Shown here piece by piece: positions 1-12,500 of a stretch of DNA of 64,000 nt (position 1 is the first letter of the stretch; every line of letters starts with the position of its first letter). The stretch covers positions 124,001-188,000 of the forward strand of contig JAQGDQ010000233.1 of NCBI GenBank assembly GCA_030141605.1. Reading direction: 5' to 3'. The position numbers were made by a program, and so were the translations under genes. Under the pieces are notes generated by a model. That model was not told where the DNA came from. It searched no databases and saw only the letters and a list, made by a program, of their open reading frames with translations. Source of the stretch: Tubiluchus corallicola. Its lineage: Eukaryota > Animalia > Priapulida.

Positions 1-59
1 TAGTCATTAGATTCTACCCCCAATTTAAATTTTGTTCTAATTTGTGCATCACGCAGAAG

Positions 60-717
60 CTGATAAAAGATAAATGCATGTTATGCATGTATTGCTTATA
101 TGCCAGTTATTTTCTCTTTTGAGGTTTGCTTACTTCATTTTGTTTTACATATTTTTTCCTGTGTATGCTTCATTGAGCACTCTTCAAAAATTATGTTATT
201 TTGCTACATACATAATCTTTATTTAAAGTTGGGAGTACAACGGAAGAACATTAGCCAAATAGGCTACTAATACCGACTGAATATACTATGCTAAAAAGTT
301 TACTAAAATAGATATACAATTACAAATTGGAAATAAAATCGAAAGATGAAAAAACAAAAATGAAAATGGAGTACTCTGCAACTTACAAAATAAAAACATA
401 CAAGCAAGGATAAAAACAAGACAGGTTTATCTTTTGCTTATTTTGTTCAGTTTTGCCAATTTTTTGTTCATTTATTTGCTTATTTTCTTTATATTGCAAA
501 AGACAAATGCATGGAGACGTGTTGTACGTTTATAATTTACTCCCTCTCATTTTCATATGAGTATTTGTTTATGTTTAAATGCATGTGCAACTGTGTATTT
601 AATTATTGTAATTATTTGCTTATTTTTGCTTAGTCGTGATTTTTTTCGTTTTAGCTTACTACAAGATTATATTAGACTGGTAATTTGCTTAATCTTATAT
701 GCAATTCTCATGCCTTG
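60..717. repeat. Degenerate element with recurring TTTGCTTA(TTTT) motifs, probably a non-autonomous DNA transposon remnant
   Basis: Motif copies near 125, 433, 476, 615, 625 and 684. Confidence 0.35.
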
Positions 718-2770
718 ACATTTAACCAAATTTATTATTTTTATTCTACATGACTATCATAGTTTTATTTTTTCTAAATTTTTCTCATTCCACTCCAATT
801 ATCTGTTTAAAATGTTCACTGTTAGCACCATTACCATTATTTCTTAGTGTCCTATGAGAAGGGTGGCTGATTTGATAACTGTTTGATTTTTCGCCACTCT
901 TTCTTCATTTTGCTTGTTTTGATTCTCACTCATCAGTTTGATAACTTACTCCAAAATTTTTGAAAAACAAATGCTTGTTCTTCAGGCTGAATAAAAACCA
1001 AGTTAAGACAAAATAACAATTTACAATAAATAATCCAATTTTATCATCTTACCTCCTTCAGTTACCTTCTTCGTGGTTTGTTAAACAAGAATTTTTTTCT
1101 TTTACGCATTGAGTGCATGAGAATACTCCTCAGAAATAACTGAATTTCAGTCTGTTCAGGCCATACGAAAACAAAAACACCAATAAAAGGTTCCATACAA
1201 AATAATTTTATCTTAATACTCTGGCATATTATAGCACACATTCAAAACATAACTCGTACTGTCACACATTACTAAATCAGTTTTAATGCTGTGTAGTAAA
1301 CACATTTTGCTACTCATCCTTATAATACATGCAAAAAATCAATAAAACAGTGACTGTTAATGAAAATATTACACTGTACTTGTGGTTAAGTAATCTTAAA
1401 ACAAAATACATGAAAACTGTAGAGAATGATTTCAGTCTAACAACTGAATGAAATTCGTAAAGCAAATGCAAATCCACTCCATTTTAATAAAATTACCAAT
1501 GTTCACAAGTCCTAGACACAAAAATATTATGGACACATACACATGTACATTACATCATACGAATTACGTAATGCCTTTTTTCTTTCCTCTCTAATGTAAT
1601 AATATATTAGTGTAGTTTTTTCAGTTAATGTACTGCTGATGGTGCCAGATAAGTAACTATCGTGAAGCACAGACATAATTTGACAAATTAAAAATCTCTT
1701 TTCACTTCTCTGCACAAAAAAAATTGCTGTATCTTATTACGATAAAAGAAAACAGTACACAATTTTAGACGCGCTAAACTCAATATGATCCACGGTCTAA
1801 CATATCTTAAAGTATTATTTTTGAAAGCACCACTTACATTGGAAGCTTAATTTCAAAATATGCAATGGTCAAAAGATTGTAATACTTTTTTACAGTAGGG
1901 CTGTAAATCATCCATATTTGCATAACTAATAAACTAATGGCAGCTGCAACAAGTAGCTCTGTAATAAGATTTGTAGCACTGCATAAAATTTTGCTTGCCA
2001 AGAGGATCATCATTATGCTATAATTTAACAATAATCACAATATGAAGTGCAATGATGACTCAAAAAAGTGAACAAAATATAATTCATAACACAACACATG
2101 TCAATGCTCATATTTTACATAACACATAACTACCAAATTCAGAAAGCTTAACAGATCTATCTTGATTGTTATTGTTACTGCGCTTGTCACAGTTATACTA
2201 GTCGTAAGAGCAAAATGATACATCAACAACATCAACCTAGATAAAATATGAGTAGTAATGTAAACAGAGCTATTAGTCGTTAACCTTAAAACTTTTTTCT
2301 ACCAAAGTAAGTTTATAATATTCAAATATTATGGTAATTACCCACAAAAATTATATATTATCTATATTATTATCGCAAGGTACATGCAAAATTAGAAAAA
2401 CTGTTATTCATATACTGTGCACACTAAACTGTTTGAAATGAGTCTCAGTTAAAGCTCAAAATTTTTGGGGAAAATGTTCATTCCAATACTTATACTAATG
2501 TACACAAACACACATTTGTCTCATAAAAAAGATCTATATAAACAATTAAAATCTTGTTATTTACAGTCACTGTCATACAAGACATAGTCTAGTCTCTAGA
2601 AAAAAATTTATGCTATCTTTGACATTATGGAAATCCTGAGTTGTGCCAGAAAATTATTATTATTATTGTCCCTAATAATTAAAGTACAAAACTGCACATC
2701 AACAACTGGCTACACATAGTTAATATGTCTATAAAGATTTGACGTAAACCTGTCGCAAGACATACATAGA

Positions 2771-2776
2771 TTTATT
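2771..2776 (-). terminator. Candidate polyadenylation signal of CARHSP1
   Basis: AATAAA on the minus strand about 107 nt past the stop; such hexamers are common in AT-rich DNA and the UTR may be longer. Confidence 0.3.
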
Positions 2777-2882
2777 CAGCAACTATTCTACAATGCAATA
2801 ATAATTATATTTACAGTTTAACCCAAACACGAGCAACTTACTCATGTGTAATTGTTTATCTGAACATGAGTAGCTCTTTCAG

Positions 2883-3066
2883 TTAGTCAATAGCAGATGG
2901 AGCAACATGTTTAGGTGACAATGGTGCATCCCATTTTTGATGAGTGTGAGAATCGAGGTGAACAATGTTGACATGAACTGCAGAAAACTTTTGCATCTTT
3001 GGTGGAATTGGACATAGCTTGTACGTCACAATATCCCCGTGCTTTGGAATAAATTCGCCATCGATG
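2883..3066 (-). CDS. CARHSP1: CARHSP1-like coding exon 3
   Basis: Acceptor TTTTCAG|C completes the Asp codon, then IDGEFIPKHGDIVTYKLCPIPPKMQKFSAVHVNIVHL..HQKW, stop at 2883. Spliced CDS 149+123+184=456 nt = 151 aa. Confidence 0.93.
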
Positions 3067-3850
3067 CTGAAAATTGCCATCATTATTCAAGCAACTGTTT
3101 ATAATGAATCATAGACAACTAAGTATACATTGAACATAAGCAAATATAAAACTACCTATCAAATGAAACAAAATTCACATTACACAGCAGTTAAATGATA
3201 TGCGAAACACATCAGAAAAATTAAAAACAATCTTAACAGTATCAATGTGACAAAACACAAAAAGCAAATAGTGATATAAAATCCTTTTGCAAAAAAAGTC
3301 ATAACTGTTGAACAACTATGTTTATCTAGCCACTATTTCTATTCTACAGTGTGAATACAAAGTAATTATTGCCATAGCCAAAATTAAACAATAAGCTCTG
3401 CAGCATGACTGCTTTGTGGTTGTGACAGTAAAAATTTGGCAGTCAGAAAATGTAAAAATCAAATATGTGGTCTGACAGTGCATTAAACATTACATTGCGA
3501 CCAACTCTCCACTAGTGCTGTCTAGCAACAATGGTGTCTGCTTACTCTACAAATGTAAATTAATTGTAAATTTGTAAAGTAGTTACTGCACATGCCCAGC
3601 TGCTCTGGACATGATGTGATCAATACGCAGGTAATAACGTAAAGACTGGCTTTGCTTATAATAACAATCGTTTCCTTTTAAGCTACCACAAGCTGTTAGG
3701 GTTATTGACTTGTTACAAACCTCTGGCATCAGTTAACTTAGAGAGCATTCTGTAGAGTTAACAGGGGCGTAAGCAACAAAGCCGCAAAAATCTCGTAATC
3801 TGACCTCAGAGAAAATAAATAAAAATCAAATCATATCATATAGGACCTAC

Positions 3851-3973
3851 TCTGAAATGTGCACAAAGATGTGCTCTCCTCCAGTGTCCGGTAAAATAAA
3901 TCCATGTCCTCGTTCTCGACAAAAAAATTCCACTGTTCCTTTAAGAGTTGGGCCTAAAAGAGCTTCTTCAGAG
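3851..3973 (-). CDS. CARHSP1: CARHSP1-like coding exon 2 (cold-shock domain with RNP1/RNP2-like motifs)
   Basis: Not in the ORF track; read manually. Acceptor TTTTAG|C, then SEEALLGPTLKGTVEFFCRERGHGFILPDTGGEHIFVHIS, donor GA|GTAGGT. Phases match both neighbouring exons. Confidence 0.93.
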
Positions 3974-4647
3974 CTAAAATGAGACAAAATATGCCATCTA
4001 GTAACAGTGACCAAAACCAATGATCAGGTGCGCAGGTAAATAATGCATACAGGAACACATCCCTACAAATACAGGACTCTTTTTAAGTGTTAAAAAAATT
4101 ATAACAGTAATTTATAATAAACACAATAACATGTATATAATAAAGCAAGTTCAATGGCATATGTTACTTCTTAGCAAAATTTATCTGCACCTTTTAATTT
4201 AGAATCTATTATTTTAGAAATGTCTAATTTAAAATTAGACATGCAAAATTGAGAATTAGAATATATATAATTATATATATATAACCTGCCAGTAAAGTAG
4301 CATACAAAATACCACTTGACAGCTCAAAACAATAAAAATGCTGGAAGTGAAATGATCCCAAGAAAGCAAATCTAGTGCCAAAACAGTCTAACAAAGGAAG
4401 CTGCTGGAACATAACACTGCTGAGGTTAAAAACCAACTACAGGATTTCTACAGTACACAAATATGCTCTGAAGGGTATAGAACCCTCTGAAATGTAAATT
4501 TGTTATTTCCGCGTGTGAAATATAAAAAACTAAAGAAACTACGCAGTCAATAATTAGCATGCACTGTATGTAAACTAAATAAACCATACTACATAATTTT
4601 CTGAAAATAAACCATCTATAATAACCTCCCATCTTCTATATACGTAC

Positions 4648-4796
4648 ATAGATCTTGTCCTTGTCCTTCGAGTTGGCAAGGGACTTGGCAAGGAAGGAAA
4701 GCGTTTTCGTATAGATGGCGGTGATGCTAACGGAGAGGGCTTCTTTGGAGCATGAGAAGACTGTGGTGTCTGCGAAGAACTTTCAGTAGTTGCCAT
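4648..4796 (-). CDS. CARHSP1: Calcium-regulated heat-stable protein 1 / CSDC2-like, coding exon 1
   Basis: ATG at 4796; MATTESSSQ...FPSLPSPLPTRRTRTRS matches the LPSPLPTRRTRTxS signature of CARHSP1/CSDC2. Ends AT|GTACGT (phase 2). Upstream acceptor TTGCTGTAG| puts the exon start at 4811. Confidence 0.93.
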
Positions 4797-5783
4797 GACT
4801 TCTGAAGGTTCCTACAGCAAGAAGTAACAATATGCAGATCTGTTAGTAACATGGTAAAACCTTTACAATGATCATATATTACAATCCCAGCACTTGGCAC
4901 ATATTTAGTCACATGTTTTCATTAGTTGAAATTATGACTACAAGGTACCTAATTTTAATTTTATTGTGATTATACAATTTACTGCACAGCTTACAAAAAA
5001 TCAAAACAATTTCATGACCAAGTGCATTATTTTATGCAACAAGTGGCGTCCTGCCAGTTGCCATGTCAGTGACTCGGTGGAGTAGTTCGTACAGTCGTGC
5101 AGGTGGCATTATATTGAGAAAATGCTGGCACTAGTTTAAACTGCTGGGGGTGTTTCCGCATTGAACATATCTACTAATTTTCCTAGAAGACGGTAGATGG
5201 AAGGCGTTATTTTTATGTATATTTGAATATAGGGCTGTGTTTCGTTGCTGGCTTTCCTTCCGGTCAATGCGTTTGGCGGTACAAGCAACACTAACAAGGT
5301 TCGACTATATTACCGGTATAGTTAATTATAAGCAAAAGGTACGTAATACGTATAGATGATTATTTTCATCTGTCATGAAACCGTGGAGTGCTGATTAGTG
5401 ACCAAGCACAAAGGAAACAAATCACGTAGAATCAGTATGTGAGCAGCAAGGAATTGTTTGAGAACGCAAAAAATCGTCAAATAAGAGAACGTGCCTCATT
5501 CTGTTACTAATAATCATTTTAGTCAGTATCTCAGCAATAGAAACTGGGAAAAATGTCGCAAAGAAAAGTTGATAATTTCAAAGAAAACTACTTGTTATTT
5601 TTCAAATTATTTATTCATTTACTAAGTCCTTTGGTAATTAGGGATTTTACTCGTTTGCTTTCCAAATGGTGAATTATTATTCAGATGATTCTGAAAATCA
5701 TTAGGAACTAGAATTTCGTGAGTCTGATTTTGACAAGCTTCTAAATTCAAAAGAGCAGCTTCAAAAGGCAAGCACTGGAAAAG

Positions 5784-6252
5784 ATACAAGATTTCATTAA
5801 CACGGAAACGTAGTAAATATGGCAAGCTTGGTTTATCAGCCATGCGAACCAATTTCTGCCTGTCCTTAGGCAGATTTACCAGAATTTCCTGGTAGAAGTG
5901 CGATGAATTTGCATCCTGTACACATACAGAAAGTGAAATGCAGACTGATATGAGGAAGAACTTTAGCTATTGTGGACTTGTGGAATATGTTACCACAATC
6001 AGCAGTCGAAGCAATAACATACAAGATTTCATTAACACGGAAATGCAGTAAATATGGCAAGCTTGGTTTATCAGCCATGGGAACCAATTTCTGCCTGTCC
6101 TTAAGCAGATTTACCAGAATTTCCTGGTAGAAGGGCGATGAATTTGCATCCTGTACACATACAGAAAGTGAAATGCAGACTGATATGAGGAAGAACTTTA
6201 GCTATTGTGGACTTGTGGAATATGCTACCACAATCAGCAGTCGATGCAATAA
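5784..6252 (+). repeat. Tandem duplication of a 235-bp unit derived from a CR1-like LINE 3' end
   Basis: Units 5784-6018 and 6019-6252 differ at about 7 positions by eye. The unit ends in a relic reading D-MRKNF..IVDLWNMLPQSAVEA, similar to the CR1 ORF2 terminal WNxLP motif. Confidence 0.85.
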
Positions 6253-6649
6253 GCAAAAACAGTTTCAAATCGATCATTTCTGACATTATAAATAAGTCGG
6301 AGCAGCATAGTTTCATGCAAATGTCTAGTACTTATTGCTCTATATACTGAAATAATGCATAAACCATGTATAAAAAAGTTAATAGTTAATAGTTAAAAAA
6401 GCTATATTGCAAGTTTAAAGAACCGCTCATATCATCTTGAATTCATAAGACGTTGTATACATGGGCTTTTAAAACTAGGTAGTTTGGAGTAAGCAATGGA
6501 ATATTCTCCAATAGACAATTATACAGGTGATTATAGTTCACTTCACAGCTTTTTATAGTGAAACATTGGGGATTTACTTTTATACTTTAGACATGAGATG
6601 GTGCCTATAAAGCAAATAAGTCCCATTAAATGCAAAGCTGCCGTTAGTT

Positions 6650-8660
6650 TGAAAACAGATTGCATCTAGCGATCGACACTTGTATTCCCATACATGTAAC
6701 AAATGGATCTCCCAAACCAAAGTGGTTCAATAGTGAAATAAAGTGTAAGCTCAAAAGGAAGAGAGTTACCTTCAGAAAATATGAAAGGATACGTCTTACC
6801 CACGACTATGAAATATATGTTAGACTAAGGAACGAGGTGACATTGACAGCGAGAATAACAAAAAGGAATTTCGAACGGAACCTCTGCTATCCATAGATAA
6901 TCCCAAAGTTTTCTGGGCTTACGTAATCTCCATATGATCAAAAAGGAGGGAGTGCAACCATTAAAAAGAGCAGATGGAACTATAGCAAATGCTAGGAAGA
7001 AAGGACTAATAAATTAATGAATTACAGAAATTTTTCTTCTGTTTTTACACATGAAGATGCAACTAATATTCTGCTGTTGCCACCAGTTACGAAACACAAG
7101 CTTGATGTGCTTTATATAACAGAAATGAAACCACGAACTAAAATCAAATGCATGAAGGACAACACTGCAATGGGATGGATGGCATACAAGATAGTGTTAT
7201 AAAAAGAAAGAAGACTGCCTAATCTATCCCATGCTATATATTATGAATCTAAGTTTGGTAAGGTATATTTTACCAGCAAACTGGAAGTGTGCAAATGTGT
7301 CTGCTATCTTTAAAAGAGATCGGGAACTTGCAAAAAATTATAGACCTATAAGCCCGACTTCGGTTGTTTGCAAACTGATGGAAGGAATATTAAGGGATAA
7401 GATTTATGACCATCTTACAAAATGCAATTTAATCAGAAATGACAAGCACAGGTTCAGGTCAGGAAGGTCATGCATAACCAATAATTTGCAATCACGATGA
7501 GAATGGGTAGATATATATGATAATAATAGCAAGGTCGATGTAATTTACTATGATTCCCTCAAAGCATCTGATGGAGTCCAACATGTAAGACTACTTAGTA
7601 AACTAGAGGCATATGGCATTGAAGGACATTCATTAACATGGATTGGAAATTTTCTCTGTGTGAAGAAACAGTGTGTTATAGTAAATGGACATCAGTCAAA
7701 CTGGGCAGATGTTATCAGTGGTATACCTCGGGGCAGTGATTTAGGACCTGTGCAATTCACGATCTACATTAATGATTTGCCTGTTCAAAGTCTTTACCTG
7801 TGGTAACAGCTTCTTTGCAGACGACACAAAAATATATGACAAGGCTTGTTGTCCTAATGACGATTAGCACTTGCAAAACAATACTGACAAGCAGATAATT
7901 GTGTCACCAATTGCAAATGAATTTTAATATTGACAAATGCAATCTATTCACCATTGGAAAACCAGATGTTGCAGATCGCATATGCACAATGGCACAAGAG
8001 CCTAGCCGTGTAGAAATTACAAATGTCACTGAGCAAAAATGATTTGGGCATCATTGTTGATAACATGCTTAAATTTCAAAACCACATTCATCATACTGTT
8101 AATAAAGCTCACAGAAGGCTTATGCTTATTAGCGAGACTTTACTTATTTAGATAGGCCCAAGATGATCCAATTGTATAAGTCAATGGTTAGAACAATTTT
8201 GGATTATGGTGATGTAGGTAGGAATCAAGCGAAGCGAGATATAAAAAAATTGAATCAGTTCAACGTCTAGCTTCTATGCTTGTACCAGCAGTTTCCGAAC
8301 TACCATACTCTACAAGAATCAAGAGGTTAGGGCTAACTACTCTAAAATATAGATGTAAGAAGCAGGACTTGATCCAAATCTTCTGGATCCTAGAAGGTTT
8401 TGATCACATTGATGCTAAAAAAATGTTTCCGTCTCAGACATACAGTGGCACTAACGAGCATCCTTACAAAATCAAGTAGACAGCAGCCTCCAATAGATTG
8501 AGCAGGAAACGATAAATTCTTTCGATGCCATTGGTTGATGAATGGAATAGTTTGCCCGAAAATGTAATCAATGCCACTAACCCTACACTGTTTAAGCCCC
8601 GAGCAGACTGACATTGGCAGCACAACAAGAAAAGTTTGTCGATCCTAGACTGCCTCAATG
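6650..8660 (+). mobile_element. Decayed CR1-clade LINE ORF2 (reverse transcriptase), antisense within the putative CARHSP1 intron 1
   Basis: Motifs in order despite frameshifts: WFNSEIK, FSSVFTHED, WKCANVSAIFK..NYRPISPTSVVCKLME, SGIPRGSDLGP..IYINDL, FADDTK, WNSLPENVINA. Confidence 0.92.
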
Positions 8661-9146
8661 GCAGCAAAATATCTTTCAACACAGTCCATGATCGTGGAGG
8701 TCCAGCTGTTTCTTTTAATATATAAATACAGAAACCAAAGAAGATTGGAGAGGTTTATAAGCTATAGTAATTAGTATAGTATTTATCACCTTAACCTCTA
8801 GCTCTATCCTTCGATGGTAATGCTAATGATAATACTAATAGTAAAACTGAAAAGTAGCTCTCAACATCGGAGTAAGTTTATAGCTACAAAGGAGTTTCGT
8901 GGAAAATAACTGCAAGCACTGCACATATCATTTTACGCGGTTCTAAAGTTTGTACTACTCACAATCACTAAGTATTAAACGAGATCGAAATGCCATTTCG
9001 GCAGTATTGTCTATTAGATAACAATATCGAACTATAACCCATGTTAACCATATAAAAATAAAACATTGTCATTGGAGAATGCTATCATAAACATCGAAAC
9101 GATACTAACTAATTTACGCGTGGAAAATTGCAAAAAACTTACTCAC

Positions 9147-9290
9147 GTGTTTACCAACTTGACCACTACCACTTAAAGTGATATTAACAATTCAATTACT
9201 GTATTGGAAATTCAGCGTCAAATTCGACACAAACATTGTACAAAATAAAGTCCACTATTCTTTGCATTTTCGGTGATTTCAGTATTTCGC
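9147..9290 (-). other. Putative non-coding first exon of CARHSP1
   Basis: Coding exon 1 has an acceptor, so an upstream exon is expected. A strong donor CAC|GTGAGTAAG lies at 9146 in non-repetitive sequence. The 5' boundary is a guess. Confidence 0.45.
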
Positions 9291-9329
9291 AGCACCCTCT
9301 CTGCCATATGATAGACACTCTTTATGCTA

Positions 9330-9688
9330 TAAAGGATGCGCATTCTCTACTAGAAGAAAGCGAATTCGAATCGAACCGAAATTCAGTATTTCGAATCCGA
9401 ATCGAATTCCAATTGAGTTTGAAAGATTTTCGAACAACTTTTCGAGCCTGTAGTAAAAAGTGGTCATACAAAGATATGTATATTTATATTACTTGATTTT
9501 GTTTTGCAGGAAAACCAACCACTATTGCTTTGTTCAAAATTTTGCACAGAAACTGCAGCTAAATTGTCTGATTTGCACGCTGTTTCAAACATTTCAATGA
9601 TAAAGAACGTATATGGCTTAAGTGCTGAATTATTCGAATCTATAATTTTAGGTTCAAATTGAATTCGAATGTTCGATGCTCACCCCTA
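9330..9688 (+). mobile_element. hAT-like MITE, copy A
   Basis: Ends TAAAGGATGCGCA... and ...TGCTCACCCCTA resemble TAGGG-type hAT TIRs. Subterminal TTCGAA/GAATTCG repeats; TGCTAT occurs on both flanks. Confidence 0.7.
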
Positions 9689-9790
9689 GTTGCTATATGC
9701 ATGCATTGTACGCTTTTCTAGGGATACTACTCACAGTCACAGTTTGTACACTCGAAATCAAAATTCTATTGTGGCAGTATTGCCTAGCAG

Positions 9791-9890
9791 ATGATAATAA
9801 TAATAATAACATCAACAACAATAATAATAGTCTTAGTAATAATGATAATAATAATAATAATAATAATAATAATAGCAATAAGAATAATAA
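9791..9890. repeat. Imperfect (AAT)n microsatellite
   Basis: Directly visible. Confidence 0.9.
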
Positions 9891-9962
9891 TCTTTCTAAA
9901 ATCTAGTAGTAGTTTAAGTCGTGACAATTTGCAGGACTGCGACTCTACGAAGGTGTGAGCAT

Positions 9963-10350
9963 TGGGAGTGAGCATCAAACTTTCGAGTTCGAATGCGATT
10001 CGAACATGTTTTTTCAGTTCGAACCTAAAATTATAAATTCCAGTAATTCGGTACTTCAACCACGCAGTTCTTTGCATGAAAGCATTTGAAACATGTTGCA
10101 GTCAGCACAATTATAGCTGCGATTTTTTTGCACAATCTGTGAACAAATTAATGTTTTCACTCCAGCACAAAATCACGATCTTTGTGAGACCGCTTTTTAT
10201 TGGTGATTCGAAAATTTATTCTGAATTCTTTAAAACTGACTTCAAATTCAATTCTGATTCGAAATGTTGAAATTTAGTCTAATTCGAATTTAAAGGTAAA
10301 AAATTCGATTCTGTTCGAATTCGCTTTCTAATAGAGAATGCGCTCCCCTA
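9963..10350 (-). mobile_element. hAT-like MITE, copy B (inverted relative to A)
   Basis: Reverse complement begins TAGGGGAGCGCATTCTCTATTAGAAAGCGAATTCGAA, matching the start of copy A; 9963-10150 matches 9530-9688 in reverse. Confidence 0.7.
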
Positions 10351-10523
10351 GTAGTTAAGTAATGACAGTGCCTTTTTAGTGCTCAGTGCTCTTGGGTGAT
10401 TCCTTTAGACAAAAAAGTAAAATTCTCTCTTCTAAAATGGCAAAACTCTAGACCAAAAAAAACTTGGATAAAAATTCATAACGCAACAATATACAGGTGC
10501 AAGTGATTTTCAGAATTTATGGC

Positions 10524-10526
<3 letters not shown>

Positions 10527-10564
<38 letters not shown>
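10527..10564. repeat. (TC)n microsatellite
   Basis: Directly visible. Confidence 0.95.
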
Positions 10565-10567
<3 letters not shown>

Positions 10568-10568
10568 T

Positions 10569-10714
10569 TGTTGCACAACTTCTCTCTGAGAGTAAAGTTG
10601 CATTTGTGAAAGGCTTGGCAAATTCACTCGCAACTTATTGCAAACTCAGCGAGAGTTGTTGAGAGTTATCTTACGCAAAGTCCGACTTTGCTCTCAGAGA
10701 GAATTGCGTAACAG
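10569..10714. mobile_element. Short foldback / MITE-like element
   Basis: Inverted arms TTCTCTCTGAGAGTAAAGT and ACTTTGCTCTCAGAGAGAA, with further imperfect pairing. Confidence 0.55.
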
Positions 10715-10749
10715 TTTGCGATAGAAGTCGCCGTTAAAATTTAGTAGGT

Positions 10750-12500
10750 GACACAAGAACTCTTACAGAAAATTAAGCAGAAAAAAGCAGAGTGGAATAG
10801 ATTCAAATGTAGCAATTAAAAAAACTTACGAATTGTGCGAAATGAAGTAATTACCGTACAGCCGCTGTTACGTACTGATTAACCAAACGAAATTTTGAGA
10901 GAAGATAATCGTCCCAAATTAAACTTTATAGACCTATATTAATTCAAATGTTGAATCCAAAGAGAATGTTGCATCTTAGGGATTTACTCAGACATGATGG
11001 AAGTCTAGTGGTCTCAAGTGAAGATAGCGTTTAGGTCTTAGAAGATTTTTTCTCCTCGGTCTTTGTTAAAGAAGAGACTAACCGATACCATGCAAGTGGG
11101 TACCATTTACTTTTTTACGGTATTTGATTGGGTTCCTCATACCGTTATGGGCCCGGTGTATCAATTTCTGATAGATAGAAAACAATGAGTAGTAGTCAAC
11201 AGAAACAAATTTATGTGGAGCCCTATCACACCAGTGTCAGTGGATCAACTTTGTTCACATATTATATCCGCTATTTGGGTAATAGCATCACCTGTAAAGG
11301 TAAATCATTTTCGGATGACTCCTATATATATGGCAAAGCATCTAATCCAACAGTTCAGCCTGATATTCAATTTAGTACATGGGTGTAATGAATTGCAGGT
11401 GGACATCAATTTGAAGAAATGCAGGGCAACAACCATTGTCAGATGCTTAGTCCTAATCCAACTACGATATTCTCTGTAGTGAAGATTCAAGCAGTAATAT
11501 AGTCAATAGGGGGTTAGAATTAATGTGTACAAAGACAATGAAACGACACGTCAGAAAAAAGATGTATAATATATATGTTGCAGACCTTGGAGTTATTGCC
11601 TATAACATGTGCATAAAACAAATCTTGAAATCAATGTAGACAACAGTCTTGACCTTTATCTTATGATATTGCTCGCCAAATACAGCAAGCACGAATTCAA
11701 TTCTTTGATAAAATAATGGTTCTGAGGCTTTGAAAATAAGCATGCATGAGGAACCCGATCAAATACCTTAAAAAAATAAATAGTATCCACTTACATGGTA
11801 TCGATTAGTCTCTTCTTTAACAAAGATCGTGGATAAGAAATTGTTTAAGACCTGAATGTTATCTTCACTTGAGACCGCTTGACTTCTATCATGTCTGAGT
11901 AAAACCTTAGGGTGCAATATGCCCTTAGATTCAACATTTTGAATTAATACTTAATTTGGGATAATTATATTCTCTTGAAATTTCGTTTGGCCATTCAGTA
12001 CATAGTCTACGGTCACACACATGCTCGACTATGAAGATGCAGTGTGAGCTCAATCAAGACTGGATTCCATCCAGTTAATAAAAATGATTCAACGAAGAAC
12101 GATTAAGCTGACTCCAGGACTGAGTGAAGCGAACTGCTTATCAATGCTTAAAGAACTAGGTCTAAAAACGCTTAAATATAGGCCGCTTGAGACAAGATGT
12201 TATCAAACACAAGATGTGCATACGGTATTGGCAAAACACATATGGATGATTACATTACAGGACGTCAACTACTACAATTACTAGTCAACAGCTAATTGTT
12301 AGGGGACATTCACACAAACTAACCAAGCATCATACCCATGACAATAGGACACAACGACAAACCTGTTTTCGTTACGAGTCGTAATTCCTCAGAACAAATT
12401 TCCAGAATGTCATTGAAGCAACAAGTGTTGATAAATTCAAGAAGCGTTTAGATAAGCACTGGCAGCAAGACGCGGCCAAGTTCATAGACTCTATGCTAGC
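10750..12500 (+). mobile_element. Heavily decayed and rearranged CR1-like LINE
   Basis: Relics: FFSSVFVKEET (~11045), SFSDDSYIY (FADD-like), IQRRTIKLTPGLS..LKELGLKTLKYR, RGHSHKL, KFKKRLDKHW. Contains an internal inverted duplicate. Confidence 0.75.

Noticed and set aside
987-1052. Minus-strand 66-bp GTAAG..TTTTATTCAG intron-like interval
   Set aside because: The flanking frames contain stops and no recognisable protein; a gene cannot be supported.
4575-4647. ORF-track extension MYVYRRWEV.. of the CARHSP1 exon
   Set aside because: Intronic read-through; homology continues only via the GT donor at 4647.
5866-6316. Twin minus-strand ORFs suggesting a duplicated small gene
   Set aside because: Antisense by-products of the duplicated LINE 3' end.
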